Part shown: in pieces, positions 27,034-36,200 of the stretch | How positions within the stretch are numbered: position 1 is the stretch's first letter | Layout of the letters: each line of letters begins with the position of its first letter | DNA from: a virus | Virus record (IMG/VR): IMGVR_UViG_3300009124_000002 | Location: 55,004 to 119,003 of that record | Length of the DNA stretch: 64,000 nucleotides | Direction: 5' to 3' (one strand) | Program-made: the position numbers and the translations under genes | Notes under the pieces: generated by a model | Seen by the model: only the letters and a program-made list of their open reading frames with translations | Database searches by the model: none | What the model was told of the DNA's origin: nothing

Positions 27034-27585
27034 TTAGGAACTTACAACTTTCAGGAGAAAATCCACGATATTTTCAGTGTTTTCATGGGTTTCATGTGGC
27101 ATCTCGATCACGCATCCCTTCTCCTCTCCGAAAAGGGTCTGTTTTGGTCCGAACTCCGTGATAATATTCTGGACCTTGGTGCGGACTGTGGAGATGAACC
27201 TTTCGGGCTGACTCGAGCCTCTCTCGGCGTATCTCCGCTCCCTCTCGGCGTCCGAGACCGTCAGGTGGAGGATGGTCAGATCATCACCGCAGGAGGAAAA
27301 GAAAGTCTTGTTGTTTAGACGATCTCCTTCTCCCACGATCACTTCATTCGGTTTCCCAGAAACGAACTTGACTGCTTCAGGGCAAACCGCCATGGACAAG
27401 CGATCGGTTCCACTGAAAGTCTCGCCCTCTTCATACTTACCAAGCACACGAATGTTGCCTGATATATGAGTGTCAAGGAGATTGACAGGTCGATCCGAGG
27501 TCCACCCATCAAAACGACTCATGAATTCCTTCATGACCGTAGACTTGCCGGAGCCGGGAAGTCCAATGAGATAAACAACCTTCAT
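27034..27585 (-). CDS. P-loop kinase, putative hydroxymethyl-pyrimidine DNA kinase
   Basis: GLPGSGKST Walker A, LGKY..GETFSGTDRLSMAV, EGDRL, R..RG; last gene of the modification operon. Confidence 0.75.
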   Translation of the reverse strand: MKVVYLIGLPGSGKSTVMKEFMSRFDGWTSDRPVNLLDTHISGNIRVLGKYEEGETFSGTDRLSMAVCPEAVKFVSGKPNEVIVGEGDRLNNKTFFSSCGDDLTILHLTVSDAERERRYAERGSSQPERFISTVRTKVQNIITEFGPKQTLFGEEKGCVIEMPHETHENTENIVDFLLKVVSS

Positions 27586-28988
27586 GCGAAGAAATCGTCA
27601 AGTGTGCTTACTTGTTGGCGAGCTTCGGGGTGATATTGTTTGAGCATATCCTCGCCACCTCGGTCAGCAAGATAATCATACCATTCACCCTCATCCCACA
27701 TTGAAGGAGAAACTCCATTCCAAAATGGTTTCCAGAGAGGATGTTCCTCATTCTTGCGGCGATCATCAACGTATTGCTTACGAAGTGCTTCGTATTCCCA
27801 TGAGCCAAGCTTGTCCATATCTTCACGAAAATAGAAGACCAACGACATACGCAACATGTCTTCATCACCAGAATCAGGCGCAGAGATCGGAGTATTACCA
27901 TGAATGATTCTCATGTTATCAATCAGCAGTAGATCTCCCGGTCGAATGTTGATTGCTGCACGAACTTCTGGTGTTACCAGATAACCACCTTTCCAATCTT
28001 TACCGTCCTTGGTCACAACTGTGAGGTTGGAATACCCAGCATTCAAAGAACCGGCATCACGATGACAAGCCATGCGAGCATTGCGATCCTTGCTTGTGGT
28101 GTTAACAGTAATTGTAGTGAATGTGGTGTCTTCTCCGATTAGAAAGCGATTGTCAAGACGATCAGCAAACTCTTTCTGTTTTGCCCATCTTTCAGGAAGC
28201 AATCGCTTGAACTCAGCTTCAAGTTTGCGGGCAAAGGGGTAGCACTTATCAAACTGCTCTCGGTTATGATCGGTGTAAGCTGTTGCGCGACCATAAGGAA
28301 TCCGAGGATACCGACCATAGAAACCAGCAATGCCAGACCAGATTGGAGTAGCGTAACTGGTAGCAGAAACAAACTCTTTTCTCAGCTTCTTCGAGTATGC
28401 TTTAGCATCATCAATAGACATACCAATCATCTTCTCAAGAGCCAACGGGAAGAAACCTTCGTATGTCCCAAACTCTTTCTCAACTCGAGAGCGCAACCAC
28501 ACCTCACCGCGAGTCTCATACTTTTTGTTTTGGTGCTGTTGAAAGATGTTATCAAGAGGATCATCGCCATCGATAGACTGTGGTTGACCTTGTTCAAAGT
28601 GAGCAAGAATATCTTGCTGATAAGGAGTCACCCAATCTCTATTCCCGTCCTTGTCACCTCTGGGACCAGCTGCATGCCCACGGTTATTGGATTCAACAGC
28701 AGCTTCATACAGACCATCGAAAGCGCCAAGCTGTTCTTCCGGCGTGAACGTGCCTTTGCGAAACTTAAAGGCAACGCAATCTTCACCTAGCTCATCTCCG
28801 GCATCGAAGCCATTCTTTGGCAAGTAGAAATCAGCATCGCTATCAACAAGAATATCGTATGATCCCTCATCAACCAACTTACCAAGAAGGTCATCTTCAT
28901 TAACCACAAATTGGGCAATATAGACATCTTGACCCTCATCGCCTTTGAACTTCTTCCACTTCCGACCGTTTTTTTCGATTATTTCCAT
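27582..28988 (-). CDS. TET/JBP-family 2-oxoglutarate/Fe(II) dioxygenase
   Basis: FTTITVN...ACHRDAG (HxD), RPGDLLL, IHGNTPI (distal His), RMSLVFYFRE (2OG-binding Arg). Confidence 0.82.
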   Translation of the reverse strand: MEIIEKNGRKWKKFKGDEGQDVYIAQFVVNEDDLLGKLVDEGSYDILVDSDADFYLPKNGFDAGDELGEDCVAFKFRKGTFTPEEQLGAFDGLYEAAVESNNRGHAAGPRGDKDGNRDWVTPYQQDILAHFEQGQPQSIDGDDPLDNIFQQHQNKKYETRGEVWLRSRVEKEFGTYEGFFPLALEKMIGMSIDDAKAYSKKLRKEFVSATSYATPIWSGIAGFYGRYPRIPYGRATAYTDHNREQFDKCYPFARKLEAEFKRLLPERWAKQKEFADRLDNRFLIGEDTTFTTITVNTTSKDRNARMACHRDAGSLNAGYSNLTVVTKDGKDWKGGYLVTPEVRAAINIRPGDLLLIDNMRIIHGNTPISAPDSGDEDMLRMSLVFYFREDMDKLGSWEYEALRKQYVDDRRKNEEHPLWKPFWNGVSPSMWDEGEWYDYLADRGGEDMLKQYHPEARQQVSTLDDFFA

Positions 28989-29003
28989 ATCTGTTATATT
29001 CTA

Positions 29004-30017
29004 CTAAACTATGAACTTATCCAACCCAATATCATTTATCTCATTCGAGAAGGTGCCTCTATGATCAATCTTCCCACTATCAAGGAAGAGAGACATCTTA
29101 CCCTTATTCACACAATTTGTCAAGTATTCTTCTCGTAGAGTTTCTCTCCTTGCGTCCCACATAGGTTGCCAATCAATACCGAACCAATTGTCTCCCTCAA
29201 CCTTCTGAATCTCTTCAGCCTGTCGGTCAATGTAGTATCCAAGGTAGCGACCATTGCGAACTCGAAACAACTTCTTGAACGAACACAGACATGTTTCCAT
29301 GGCAAAATAATCTGCCTTGTCTGCTACATTAGGAAATCTCTTCCTCACTTCAGCCAGCATCTCTGCTGCCCTTGAATTCAACATAGAAAGTTGGTCCTTG
29401 TTTAGTCTCTGATTGACCCACTCGTCTTCACCAACAGCATAGCAAAGACCATTGCGATGAGAACGGCTTCCTGAGTAGTCATGCAACCAAAGATTGTCAA
29501 CATCCAGATTCACCTTGGCGCATTGCTTTAGAGTCTGAAGGTAGAACCATGAAGTGTAACGTCCGAACTTGTGCCAACCATTGACCTGCTCCCACAGGTT
29601 CTGAAAGGTTTGATTTGCATCATCAGTCAAATGCTCAGAAAACCTTTCGTGTTGCGTCTTATCGCCAACCCATTCCTTGTAAGACTCAAACTGATCAGCC
29701 AAATGCCCCTTGTTCCATTTGGTGTCCGTTTGATAGCGCAACCGACTGTAGTTTTCGTTGTTCCACTCACGAAGACGTTCAACACCTACCAACTCCATAT
29801 CAGGAAATTCATTCCAGATGAGGTAAGCTGTGGGGAAGTGATACGTTGTCCCATACAACCAAACCAACCAATACTTTTGCTCAAGATTGTATTCAAACCG
29901 ATCAAAGAAATAGTTGGTCATGTAGAGAGCAGAGTCGCAATCATCTAACTCAAGGGACCAACCAAACCAATTGATGAATGCTTCTTCTCTGTTTTCTTTA
30001 AGTCTGTAATCCATCAT
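29004..30017 (-). CDS. Amino acid:DNA transferase / alpha-glutamyl-putrescinyl-thymine pyrophosphorylase-like (HhH glycosylase fold)
   Basis: WLVWLYGTTY, KFGRYTSWFY (HhH-like), METCLCSFKK, RYLGYYIDR. Confidence 0.75.
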   Translation of the reverse strand: MMDYRLKENREEAFINWFGWSLELDDCDSALYMTNYFFDRFEYNLEQKYWLVWLYGTTYHFPTAYLIWNEFPDMELVGVERLREWNNENYSRLRYQTDTKWNKGHLADQFESYKEWVGDKTQHERFSEHLTDDANQTFQNLWEQVNGWHKFGRYTSWFYLQTLKQCAKVNLDVDNLWLHDYSGSRSHRNGLCYAVGEDEWVNQRLNKDQLSMLNSRAAEMLAEVRKRFPNVADKADYFAMETCLCSFKKLFRVRNGRYLGYYIDRQAEEIQKVEGDNWFGIDWQPMWDARRETLREEYLTNCVNKGKMSLFLDSGKIDHRGTFSNEINDIGLDKFIV

Positions 30018-30658
30018 AGAAACGCATCTATTGTAACTGGTTCTGCGATACTTTCAAGAGAATTTCTGAGCCATGAATCACCAACAGCCTTGATTGCCCC
30101 AAGAACCTTCTCTGTTTTCTTGACGCCAAATCCATGAGACTCAAGGGATTCATTTAAAAATTGACACACAACCTTGGCGTCTGGAACGGCAAGTTTCGGA
30201 GACGCTATAGCTTTCTCTCGAAACTCAAGTTGTTCCTTGCGGGTTGGGAAAAGTGGCTGGTCGCTGCGCAATGAGCCAGAACGATCCACTGCCCAGAACA
30301 CAAGACCGTTTCGATTATGCCATGTCACAGAAGTTGGAGTACATGATAACTTCAATCTTCTCATACCCGAGTTGTATGCATCAGCCATGACTTCCTCCCA
30401 TATGCGACTTGCATATCCATTGCCTTCTTTGCCTTCGATTGTGACTATCTCATAAAGGTTAATATACTTCGACCTTTGGCTGTATGTGGCAAATACAAGG
30501 GCGACGACTTCTCCGTTATCCTTTAGTGCAAAGGGAGGGTGCTTATCATAATTCTTGAAGCGATACCAGAGGCTATGAGCAGCAGAAAGAAACTTGGTGT
30601 TCTTTCCCGGCGAAGACTCATTGATAATATCCTCGGTGTTTTTAATTCTTTCTATCAT
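30014..30658 (-). CDS. GNAT-family acyltransferase
   Basis: INLYEIVT..GKEGNGYASRIW (acetyl-CoA motif A), LKLSC...WHNRNGL. Confidence 0.75.
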   Translation of the reverse strand: MIERIKNTEDIINESSPGKNTKFLSAAHSLWYRFKNYDKHPPFALKDNGEVVALVFATYSQRSKYINLYEIVTIEGKEGNGYASRIWEEVMADAYNSGMRRLKLSCTPTSVTWHNRNGLVFWAVDRSGSLRSDQPLFPTRKEQLEFREKAIASPKLAVPDAKVVCQFLNESLESHGFGVKKTEKVLGAIKAVGDSWLRNSLESIAEPVTIDAFL

Positions 30659-31326
30659 CGCTGCAAGTCCTTTATTTGATTCTCTTCAATAAAGTCTCTG
30701 TGCATGTCCATTATGGTTCTTTGTGCGCTATATTGACGAAACATTTCGCACTTCTGGGGATTAACCAAACCAGCTCGAAGAGCGATATCTTTGGTTGAGG
30801 TAAAAACAACATCACTGTCATTGAACACTGTTTTCCAAAGAGGTCTTGCCTCATTACGATATGCCCAAATCATTTTAGACGCATGAAGTTCAATCACTGC
30901 CATACTACTAGGGCGAAAGAAAGTGAGTGGGTTCTTATCGTTCTCAAGCGCACGAAGAATAAGCTCGCTGTCATTTTTGGTTTCAGTCTTGTAACACCAT
31001 TTGTCTGGTGGTTCCTGAGATATGACGCCATTGTGAACTATGGAGATTTGTCCATTGCTAAATGGTTGATTGTATCTTAGGTCTGATGTTGAGTATCGAA
31101 TGTGACCAATAAGAGAAACGCTTCCATCAGAATCAATCACCCGATTAAGGTCAAACGTATCAAGAAACTCTTCTGACGGAACGCTTTCCTTGAATGTTTT
31201 CAATACACCATCAACCACATAACTGATTCCTGTTGCGTGTTTTCCGCGAATCATAGACTGTTGGAAGATCCTTTGAATCAACCCAACGTCTGCCTGTTTC
31301 ATTTGTATTCCGATTACTGCGCACAT
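30655..31326 (-). CDS. Class II (Ntn) glutamine amidotransferase-like, stand-alone
   Basis: N-terminal M-C nucleophile (MCAVIG), RGKHATG, GHIRYST, NQPF, HNGVI, NDSEL, RPL. Confidence 0.85.
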   Translation of the reverse strand: MCAVIGIQMKQADVGLIQRIFQQSMIRGKHATGISYVVDGVLKTFKESVPSEEFLDTFDLNRVIDSDGSVSLIGHIRYSTSDLRYNQPFSNGQISIVHNGVISQEPPDKWCYKTETKNDSELILRALENDKNPLTFFRPSSMAVIELHASKMIWAYRNEARPLWKTVFNDSDVVFTSTKDIALRAGLVNPQKCEMFRQYSAQRTIMDMHRDFIEENQIKDLQR

Positions 31327-32246
31327 AAAACGTGTTGTATTGCTCTGTCTGCTTCTGCTTCCATAGGTCTGTTCTTATACCATGCACCCGATTGGTTGTC
31401 TATCTCTCGGCACAAGGCGGCGATTTCATAACAAGTTATGGGATAACCTCTGCGAATAGCTTTACTTGCGATGCTGGTCATTATCCGATACATGTGTCGA
31501 TACCAACCAGTGCCGGAGATCAAAAAGTATTGTTCGACTAATTCTCTGTTGATAAACGGGCAATCTTGCCAACCAACCCAACTGTATTCTCTGTTCGTAA
31601 GTGTTCCCAGTTTAGATTGCATGACCTTTCTTTGCATATCCTCAGGCAACCCATGAACAAGTGTCTGTGGCTGAGTGTTTACGAAAGGATGCTTTCGCAT
31701 AAAAGCAAATGGATTCAAGTATTCGCCTTTGTGCGTGAAGATGAAATTGTGAGCACCGGGGTATCGGGCAGGAACGTAATACATTCGACTGACATCTTTG
31801 GTTTGCTTATCGCCCATTGTCGCAAACTCAGTGTTCATAGCATGCCAAAAGTGACGTAGTTTATCAGCAAGCACCACGCCATTGAAAGGAAGGACAACAC
31901 GAAACTTTGGGTGATCTTCGGTAGACGAAGCAGTTGAGTAGCACACATAATAGTAGTCTGAGAAGACCACCAGTGCATCATCAAAAGAACCCTCATACTC
32001 ATCAACATCAAGTGCTGCCCAACCATTCCATGAAACCACATTGTCGTTTGCTCGAGTTGTCCCTTCCTTGTATGAGGCAGGGCTGATTAACGCCGATCCT
32101 CTTTTTCTGTCTCCTCTTTTGGGCTTGTAACCTGGCTGCTCGCTAAGGGAATACAACAATTTCTCAAAGCCTTCGAAGGAATCGAAAGACATCTTTCGAT
32201 GAGTCTTGTTATCAAAGATACCCTGAAAGAGTGTTAGCGAAGTCAT
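31314..32246 (-). CDS. Archaeo-eukaryotic primase/PrimPol-like protein
   Basis: RANDNV, WAALDVD (DxD), YSTASS....PKFRVVLP, D.QTKD.SRMYY.P; start moved to MTSLTLF. Confidence 0.7.
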   Translation of the reverse strand: MTSLTLFQGIFDNKTHRKMSFDSFEGFEKLLYSLSEQPGYKPKRGDRKRGSALISPASYKEGTTRANDNVVSWNGWAALDVDEYEGSFDDALVVFSDYYYVCYSTASSTEDHPKFRVVLPFNGVVLADKLRHFWHAMNTEFATMGDKQTKDVSRMYYVPARYPGAHNFIFTHKGEYLNPFAFMRKHPFVNTQPQTLVHGLPEDMQRKVMQSKLGTLTNREYSWVGWQDCPFINRELVEQYFLISGTGWYRHMYRIMTSIASKAIRRGYPITCYEIAALCREIDNQSGAWYKNRPMEAEADRAIQHVLCAQ

Positions 32247-32260
32247 GCCTCTATTATACC

Positions 32261-34771
32261 TCAAACAAAGAAATCTTCAAGAGTTACAATCTTCTCCGGT
32301 GCCCAGCCAATCGCATCAAGAACGAACTTCAGTGGCTCAAGAAATGCTTTCTCAAACTGTAGGTCATGATTGATGTATTTCTCCAACCCAAACTCTTCAG
32401 GCAGAACTGAGTTGAACGCAATGACATTTTCGCGAATAGGGTTTGGGATATGCAAGTAGACATACTTCATCTTGTCTCCGTTACGAATAGACTCAAACCG
32501 ATTCTGAAGACCGTTTTTCTTCAGGTGGTGATTGTAGAGAAGTGACGCTCGAACGTGCATTGGAGTCCCCTTGTCGTAGATATTAAGGTTGTCTTGATAG
32601 TTGGTCACGTTTGACACGCCACGGGGAAAGGCGATCTTCTCGACCGGGATCTCACGAAAGGCTTTCTTGAAGTCAGCGATTGCTGCTTGTGTCGTTTCCT
32701 CATCGGTGGTAAGGATAATCTTAAACATCTCCTTCATCGCTTCCCGGCAGACTTGAGGTGTTGAAGACTTGACTGCCTCGATGCCCATGATCTTCAGTTT
32801 TGGTTTTGCATACTGAACACCCTCACTGTTGTGAACATTCAGGATGTATCGTTTCTTGGCAGTCCAGATACCACGGTCAGCAATCACTTCCCGTGCCATG
32901 ACCATACGATTCTTGTATGAGTTCATGGTCACTGCAAAACGCTCAAACGCTTTCTTCAGAACAGGCTCGATTGCAGTTGAACCAAGTTCATCAAGGAACG
33001 CAACCGGGTCTTTTGGTTTTGCTTTTTGAATAACATCGTTGACATTCACATAAACAGAGTCAGTGTCAATCGCAACCACTCGGTCTTTGTCCTCACCAAG
33101 TGCTTTGTTAAGGTATGCATTCAGTTCTTTCTCTGCATACCGAATCACAGACTGACCTGTCAGAGTCACGCCTTCAGCAATACGCAAGTCAAAGTATCGA
33201 AACCATATGTTGCCCATTGCGCCATACAAGGAGTTGAGTAGAATCTTCACTGCCATCTGCTCAGTCTCACAACGAGCAATCTCTCTTTCAATCGATGGGC
33301 TTGACCCCTCTTGCTCCATGCGTTGTTGTGCCTTGAGCATTTGCTGTTTGATCATGACACGCTTGTCATACAACTCCTGAATGATCTCAGGAATGATACC
33401 CTGCTTGTCCTTACGATAGCATGAACCATTTGCAGCAACAGAAACATCATCTTCAGTAAGGCAACTATCTGCCTCAAGCACCTTGTCAGGATTCAATCCA
33501 TCGATACGAGTATGCGGTATCAAAGTCTCTGGTGACATATTGCATTGAATGATGATGTTGGGATACAGAGAGTTCAAGTCAAAGGACATCACCCAATCAT
33601 GAAGACCAACATGAGGTTCCTTGACATACCCACCAGTGAATCCCGTCCGATGATGCTTCTTGCTTGGAGGAATTGCGACCTTCTGTTGCGCCAATCTGCG
33701 AAAGATGATAGAGTCCCAGATACCCACGGTCCCAAGTGTGTCGCTATAGTTTACGCCACCAAGGTATGCCATCGTCAGAACCAGATTGATAAGACCAACC
33801 TTGTCTTCCATCTTCTCAATCAACTCAACGTCCACGATATTGTAGTCAACGAAACGCTGATAGTCCTGCTCATAGAGTTTCTTGAGTGACCCCAAGTCAG
33901 TGTAGTCTACCTTCTTTGTGCCAAGCACAACATTAGCAATGTGATCAAGCTTGTATGATTCTTGATTGCCATACTTGTAACCGAACTTCTTGAACAGGTC
34001 TAGGTAGTCCAACTGTTCGATACCCTTGATCTCAAAGGCAAGTTGTTCCTTGCCCATCATCTTGATAGTCTTAGCATCATACAACCCCCATGGCGAGAGC
34101 TTCTTTGCCTCTTTTGCCCCTAAGACGTTTACAATGCGATTTACAATGTAAGGGATATCAAAGAACCGAGTGTTCCACCCAGTAATAATGTCTGGTGTGT
34201 GATCCTTGTTTGACCACCAAGCAAGGAAAGACTGGAGCATAGAGACTTCATCGGGGTATTCGTAGTATTCGATCTGAAGCCCAGTGGTGGTTTGATGTGG
34301 GTTGTAGCTCTTACCAAAACCCCAGATGCGATAGATGTCTTCTCGACTCGACTTCAAGGCGATAGTGAGGATCTCTTGATTGGCGATATGCGGATGAGGA
34401 AACCCATCATCATATGCAGTCTCAATGTCAATGTAAACAACATCGACGTTCCTTGGTTCAAACTCAATCTTGCCGGGAAACCTCGACTGAATGAATGCTG
34501 GAATGTGTCTGTCATTACCATGAATGGTATATCCATCGACACCCTCATACAATTTGATAAACTCACCCGCCTCACGCATGGTGTTGAACTTCATAGGCTC
34601 AAGCGAGGAACCAGCAAGGGATTGCCATTGAGAGGGTGAGGAGTTTTTGGATTCAAGGTAGAGTGTGGGCTTGAACGAAACCCTTTCCTCAACTCGCTTT
34701 CCTTGATTGTCGTATCCTCGGTAGAGGATCTTGTTTCCGTATTTGCAAATGGAAGTGTAAAACCCGGTCAT
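32261..34771 (-). CDS. gp43: Family B DNA polymerase (T4 gp43-like)
   Basis: DIET exonuclease, GWN..FFD, SFDLNSLYP, KILLNSLYG, IDTDS, KKRY; C-terminal TLEDFF. Confidence 0.97.
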   Translation of the reverse strand: MTGFYTSICKYGNKILYRGYDNQGKRVEERVSFKPTLYLESKNSSPSQWQSLAGSSLEPMKFNTMREAGEFIKLYEGVDGYTIHGNDRHIPAFIQSRFPGKIEFEPRNVDVVYIDIETAYDDGFPHPHIANQEILTIALKSSREDIYRIWGFGKSYNPHQTTTGLQIEYYEYPDEVSMLQSFLAWWSNKDHTPDIITGWNTRFFDIPYIVNRIVNVLGAKEAKKLSPWGLYDAKTIKMMGKEQLAFEIKGIEQLDYLDLFKKFGYKYGNQESYKLDHIANVVLGTKKVDYTDLGSLKKLYEQDYQRFVDYNIVDVELIEKMEDKVGLINLVLTMAYLGGVNYSDTLGTVGIWDSIIFRRLAQQKVAIPPSKKHHRTGFTGGYVKEPHVGLHDWVMSFDLNSLYPNIIIQCNMSPETLIPHTRIDGLNPDKVLEADSCLTEDDVSVAANGSCYRKDKQGIIPEIIQELYDKRVMIKQQMLKAQQRMEQEGSSPSIEREIARCETEQMAVKILLNSLYGAMGNIWFRYFDLRIAEGVTLTGQSVIRYAEKELNAYLNKALGEDKDRVVAIDTDSVYVNVNDVIQKAKPKDPVAFLDELGSTAIEPVLKKAFERFAVTMNSYKNRMVMAREVIADRGIWTAKKRYILNVHNSEGVQYAKPKLKIMGIEAVKSSTPQVCREAMKEMFKIILTTDEETTQAAIADFKKAFREIPVEKIAFPRGVSNVTNYQDNLNIYDKGTPMHVRASLLYNHHLKKNGLQNRFESIRNGDKMKYVYLHIPNPIRENVIAFNSVLPEEFGLEKYINHDLQFEKAFLEPLKFVLDAIGWAPEKIVTLEDFFV

Positions 34772-34779
34772 GAGCATAC

Positions 34780-34826
34780 ATTATATACTAAAGCGGCAGG
34801 GAAGACAAGTAGTGATCCCTGCCGCT
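34780..34826 (-). promoter_or_regulatory. gp43 promoter overlapping an 11-bp hairpin (hsp20 terminator-like)
   Basis: TTGTCT-N17-TATAAT at 34808-34780; inverted repeat AGCGGCAGGGA (34792-34802) / TCCCTGCCGCT (34816-34826). Confidence 0.7.
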
Positions 34827-34842
34827 ATTGCCTCAATTTGAA

Positions 34843-35259
34843 TTAAGAACGAATGTTCAACTTCTTCGGCTTTTCGGCTTCAGGAACGATACGCTGAAGC
34901 TCAACACCAACAATACCATTCTTGTAATAAGAACCAGTAGGAGTAATGTGCTCACCCAAACGAAAGCACTTAGTGAACTTACGTGCAGCAATGCCTTTCG
35001 TTTGATATTTGCGATCATCCTTCTCTTTCTTATCACCAGTAATGGTCAGTGTATTGTCTTTCCACTCAACATCCAAATCCTCTGGTCCGAAACCAGCAAC
35101 TGCCAATTCAATGGCAGAATTGTCGTCATCAATATTTATGACGTTATATGGAGGGAATGAAGTGGATTCGTCTCTGGACTGAGAGTAGGAGAGTGAATTG
35201 AAGAGTTCTTCAAAACCAATCCAGTTAGACGGATACGATGAATACTTAGATACGGTCAT
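34843..35259 (-). CDS. hsp20: Small heat shock protein (Hsp20/IbpA-like)
   Basis: FPPYNVI, IELAVAGF, KGIAARKF, YKNGI..VELQRIVPE. Confidence 0.93.
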   Translation of the reverse strand: MTVSKYSSYPSNWIGFEELFNSLSYSQSRDESTSFPPYNVINIDDDNSAIELAVAGFGPEDLDVEWKDNTLTITGDKKEKDDRKYQTKGIAARKFTKCFRLGEHITPTGSYYKNGIVGVELQRIVPEAEKPKKLNIRS

Positions 35260-35351
35260 TTGTTTACCTTTCTTTCGACAAGGTTATTGTATTACGACTG
35301 ACCCCATCATTGGGCATCAGAAGTTCGCTCCCATTCGGGCAGCAAATTTAT

Positions 35352-35774
35352 TTAGCTTTTCTTTACATTGCCAATTGTGTATTTGGCTTGTAGATTCCAC
35401 ACCTTCTTATCTCGGTGAGGAATGATCTTAATCTGTCTCAGTGTAGTTGTCTCTGTTGGTCTCTCTTTGATTTCAAGCAGACCCCAATCAGAAAGCAATA
35501 CAGCAATGGTGTTACGACGAGCAAAGTCATCCTTCGTGAAGTTGGATGGTTTGCCATCGAGCATAAACAGTTCCTTGAAATGCACAATGAAGTATCTCCC
35601 TTGTTTGTGAAGAATATGACAACTCTGATACAGAGTGTTTTCTTCTTTCCTTGAGGCAACCCCAATACGAGTAAGTGTCTCTCGTATCTTGAGAAAGTCA
35701 TCAGGATCACCAAGCGATACTTCCAGCATATCTGCTGGAGTCCATTTCATAACTTCTTCGTCGTTATTCACCAT
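35352..35774 (-). CDS. regA: Translational repressor RegA
   Basis: DDFLKIRETLTRIGVAS, LYQSCHILHKQGRYFIVHFKELF. Confidence 0.95.
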   Translation of the reverse strand: MVNNDEEVMKWTPADMLEVSLGDPDDFLKIRETLTRIGVASRKEENTLYQSCHILHKQGRYFIVHFKELFMLDGKPSNFTKDDFARRNTIAVLLSDWGLLEIKERPTETTTLRQIKIIPHRDKKVWNLQAKYTIGNVKKS

Positions 35775-35789
35775 GTATTTCTATTTATA

Positions 35790-36200
35790 CTATTTGCCTC
35801 CTTGAGACATAGAACTAACGACATCTTTGATTTGTTCTTTAGTCAGAACAGAAATTGCCTCGCGAGCTCTCTGAGAAGAGTATGAGTATCGCTTCATGAA
35901 ACACTCAACAGTGTGATCATCGGCAATCGCTTTGGCGAACTTAGCAAAACGCTTTCTTGGTTTAACGCTGCTCTTCAAAAAGTCATACTGCATCTTCGGC
36001 GGCAAGTGATGATGTTGATTCATCTCATTAGCAAAGAAAACAGTATCCATGAAGTTCGAAAGAGAACGGTTTACCAAAAAGGCTGAGTAAGACTTTGATG
36101 GTGAGTCAGGATCAAGTTCATCTTCAAGCGCATTGAATCCATCGAAGAGACTCTTCTTGCTTGCTGAGTTGATGCTGTTTACAAATTCAAATGGATTCAT
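35790..36200 (-). CDS. gp62: Clamp loader small subunit
   Basis: NPFEFVNSIN, Y.AFLVNRSLS.F.DTV..ANEMN, QYDF, RKRF. Confidence 0.9.
   Translation of the reverse strand: MNPFEFVNSINSASKKSLFDGFNALEDELDPDSPSKSYSAFLVNRSLSNFMDTVFFANEMNQHHHLPPKMQYDFLKSSVKPRKRFAKFAKAIADDHTVECFMKRYSYSSQRAREAISVLTKEQIKDVVSSMSQGGK

Noticed and set aside
27582-28988. TET acting on 5-methylcytosine with a partner methyltransferase
   Set aside because: No C5-MTase motifs (PCQ, ENV) occur in the window, and the neighbours are thymine-hypermodification families. This is disfavoured rather than excluded, since a methyltransferase could lie elsewhere in the genome.
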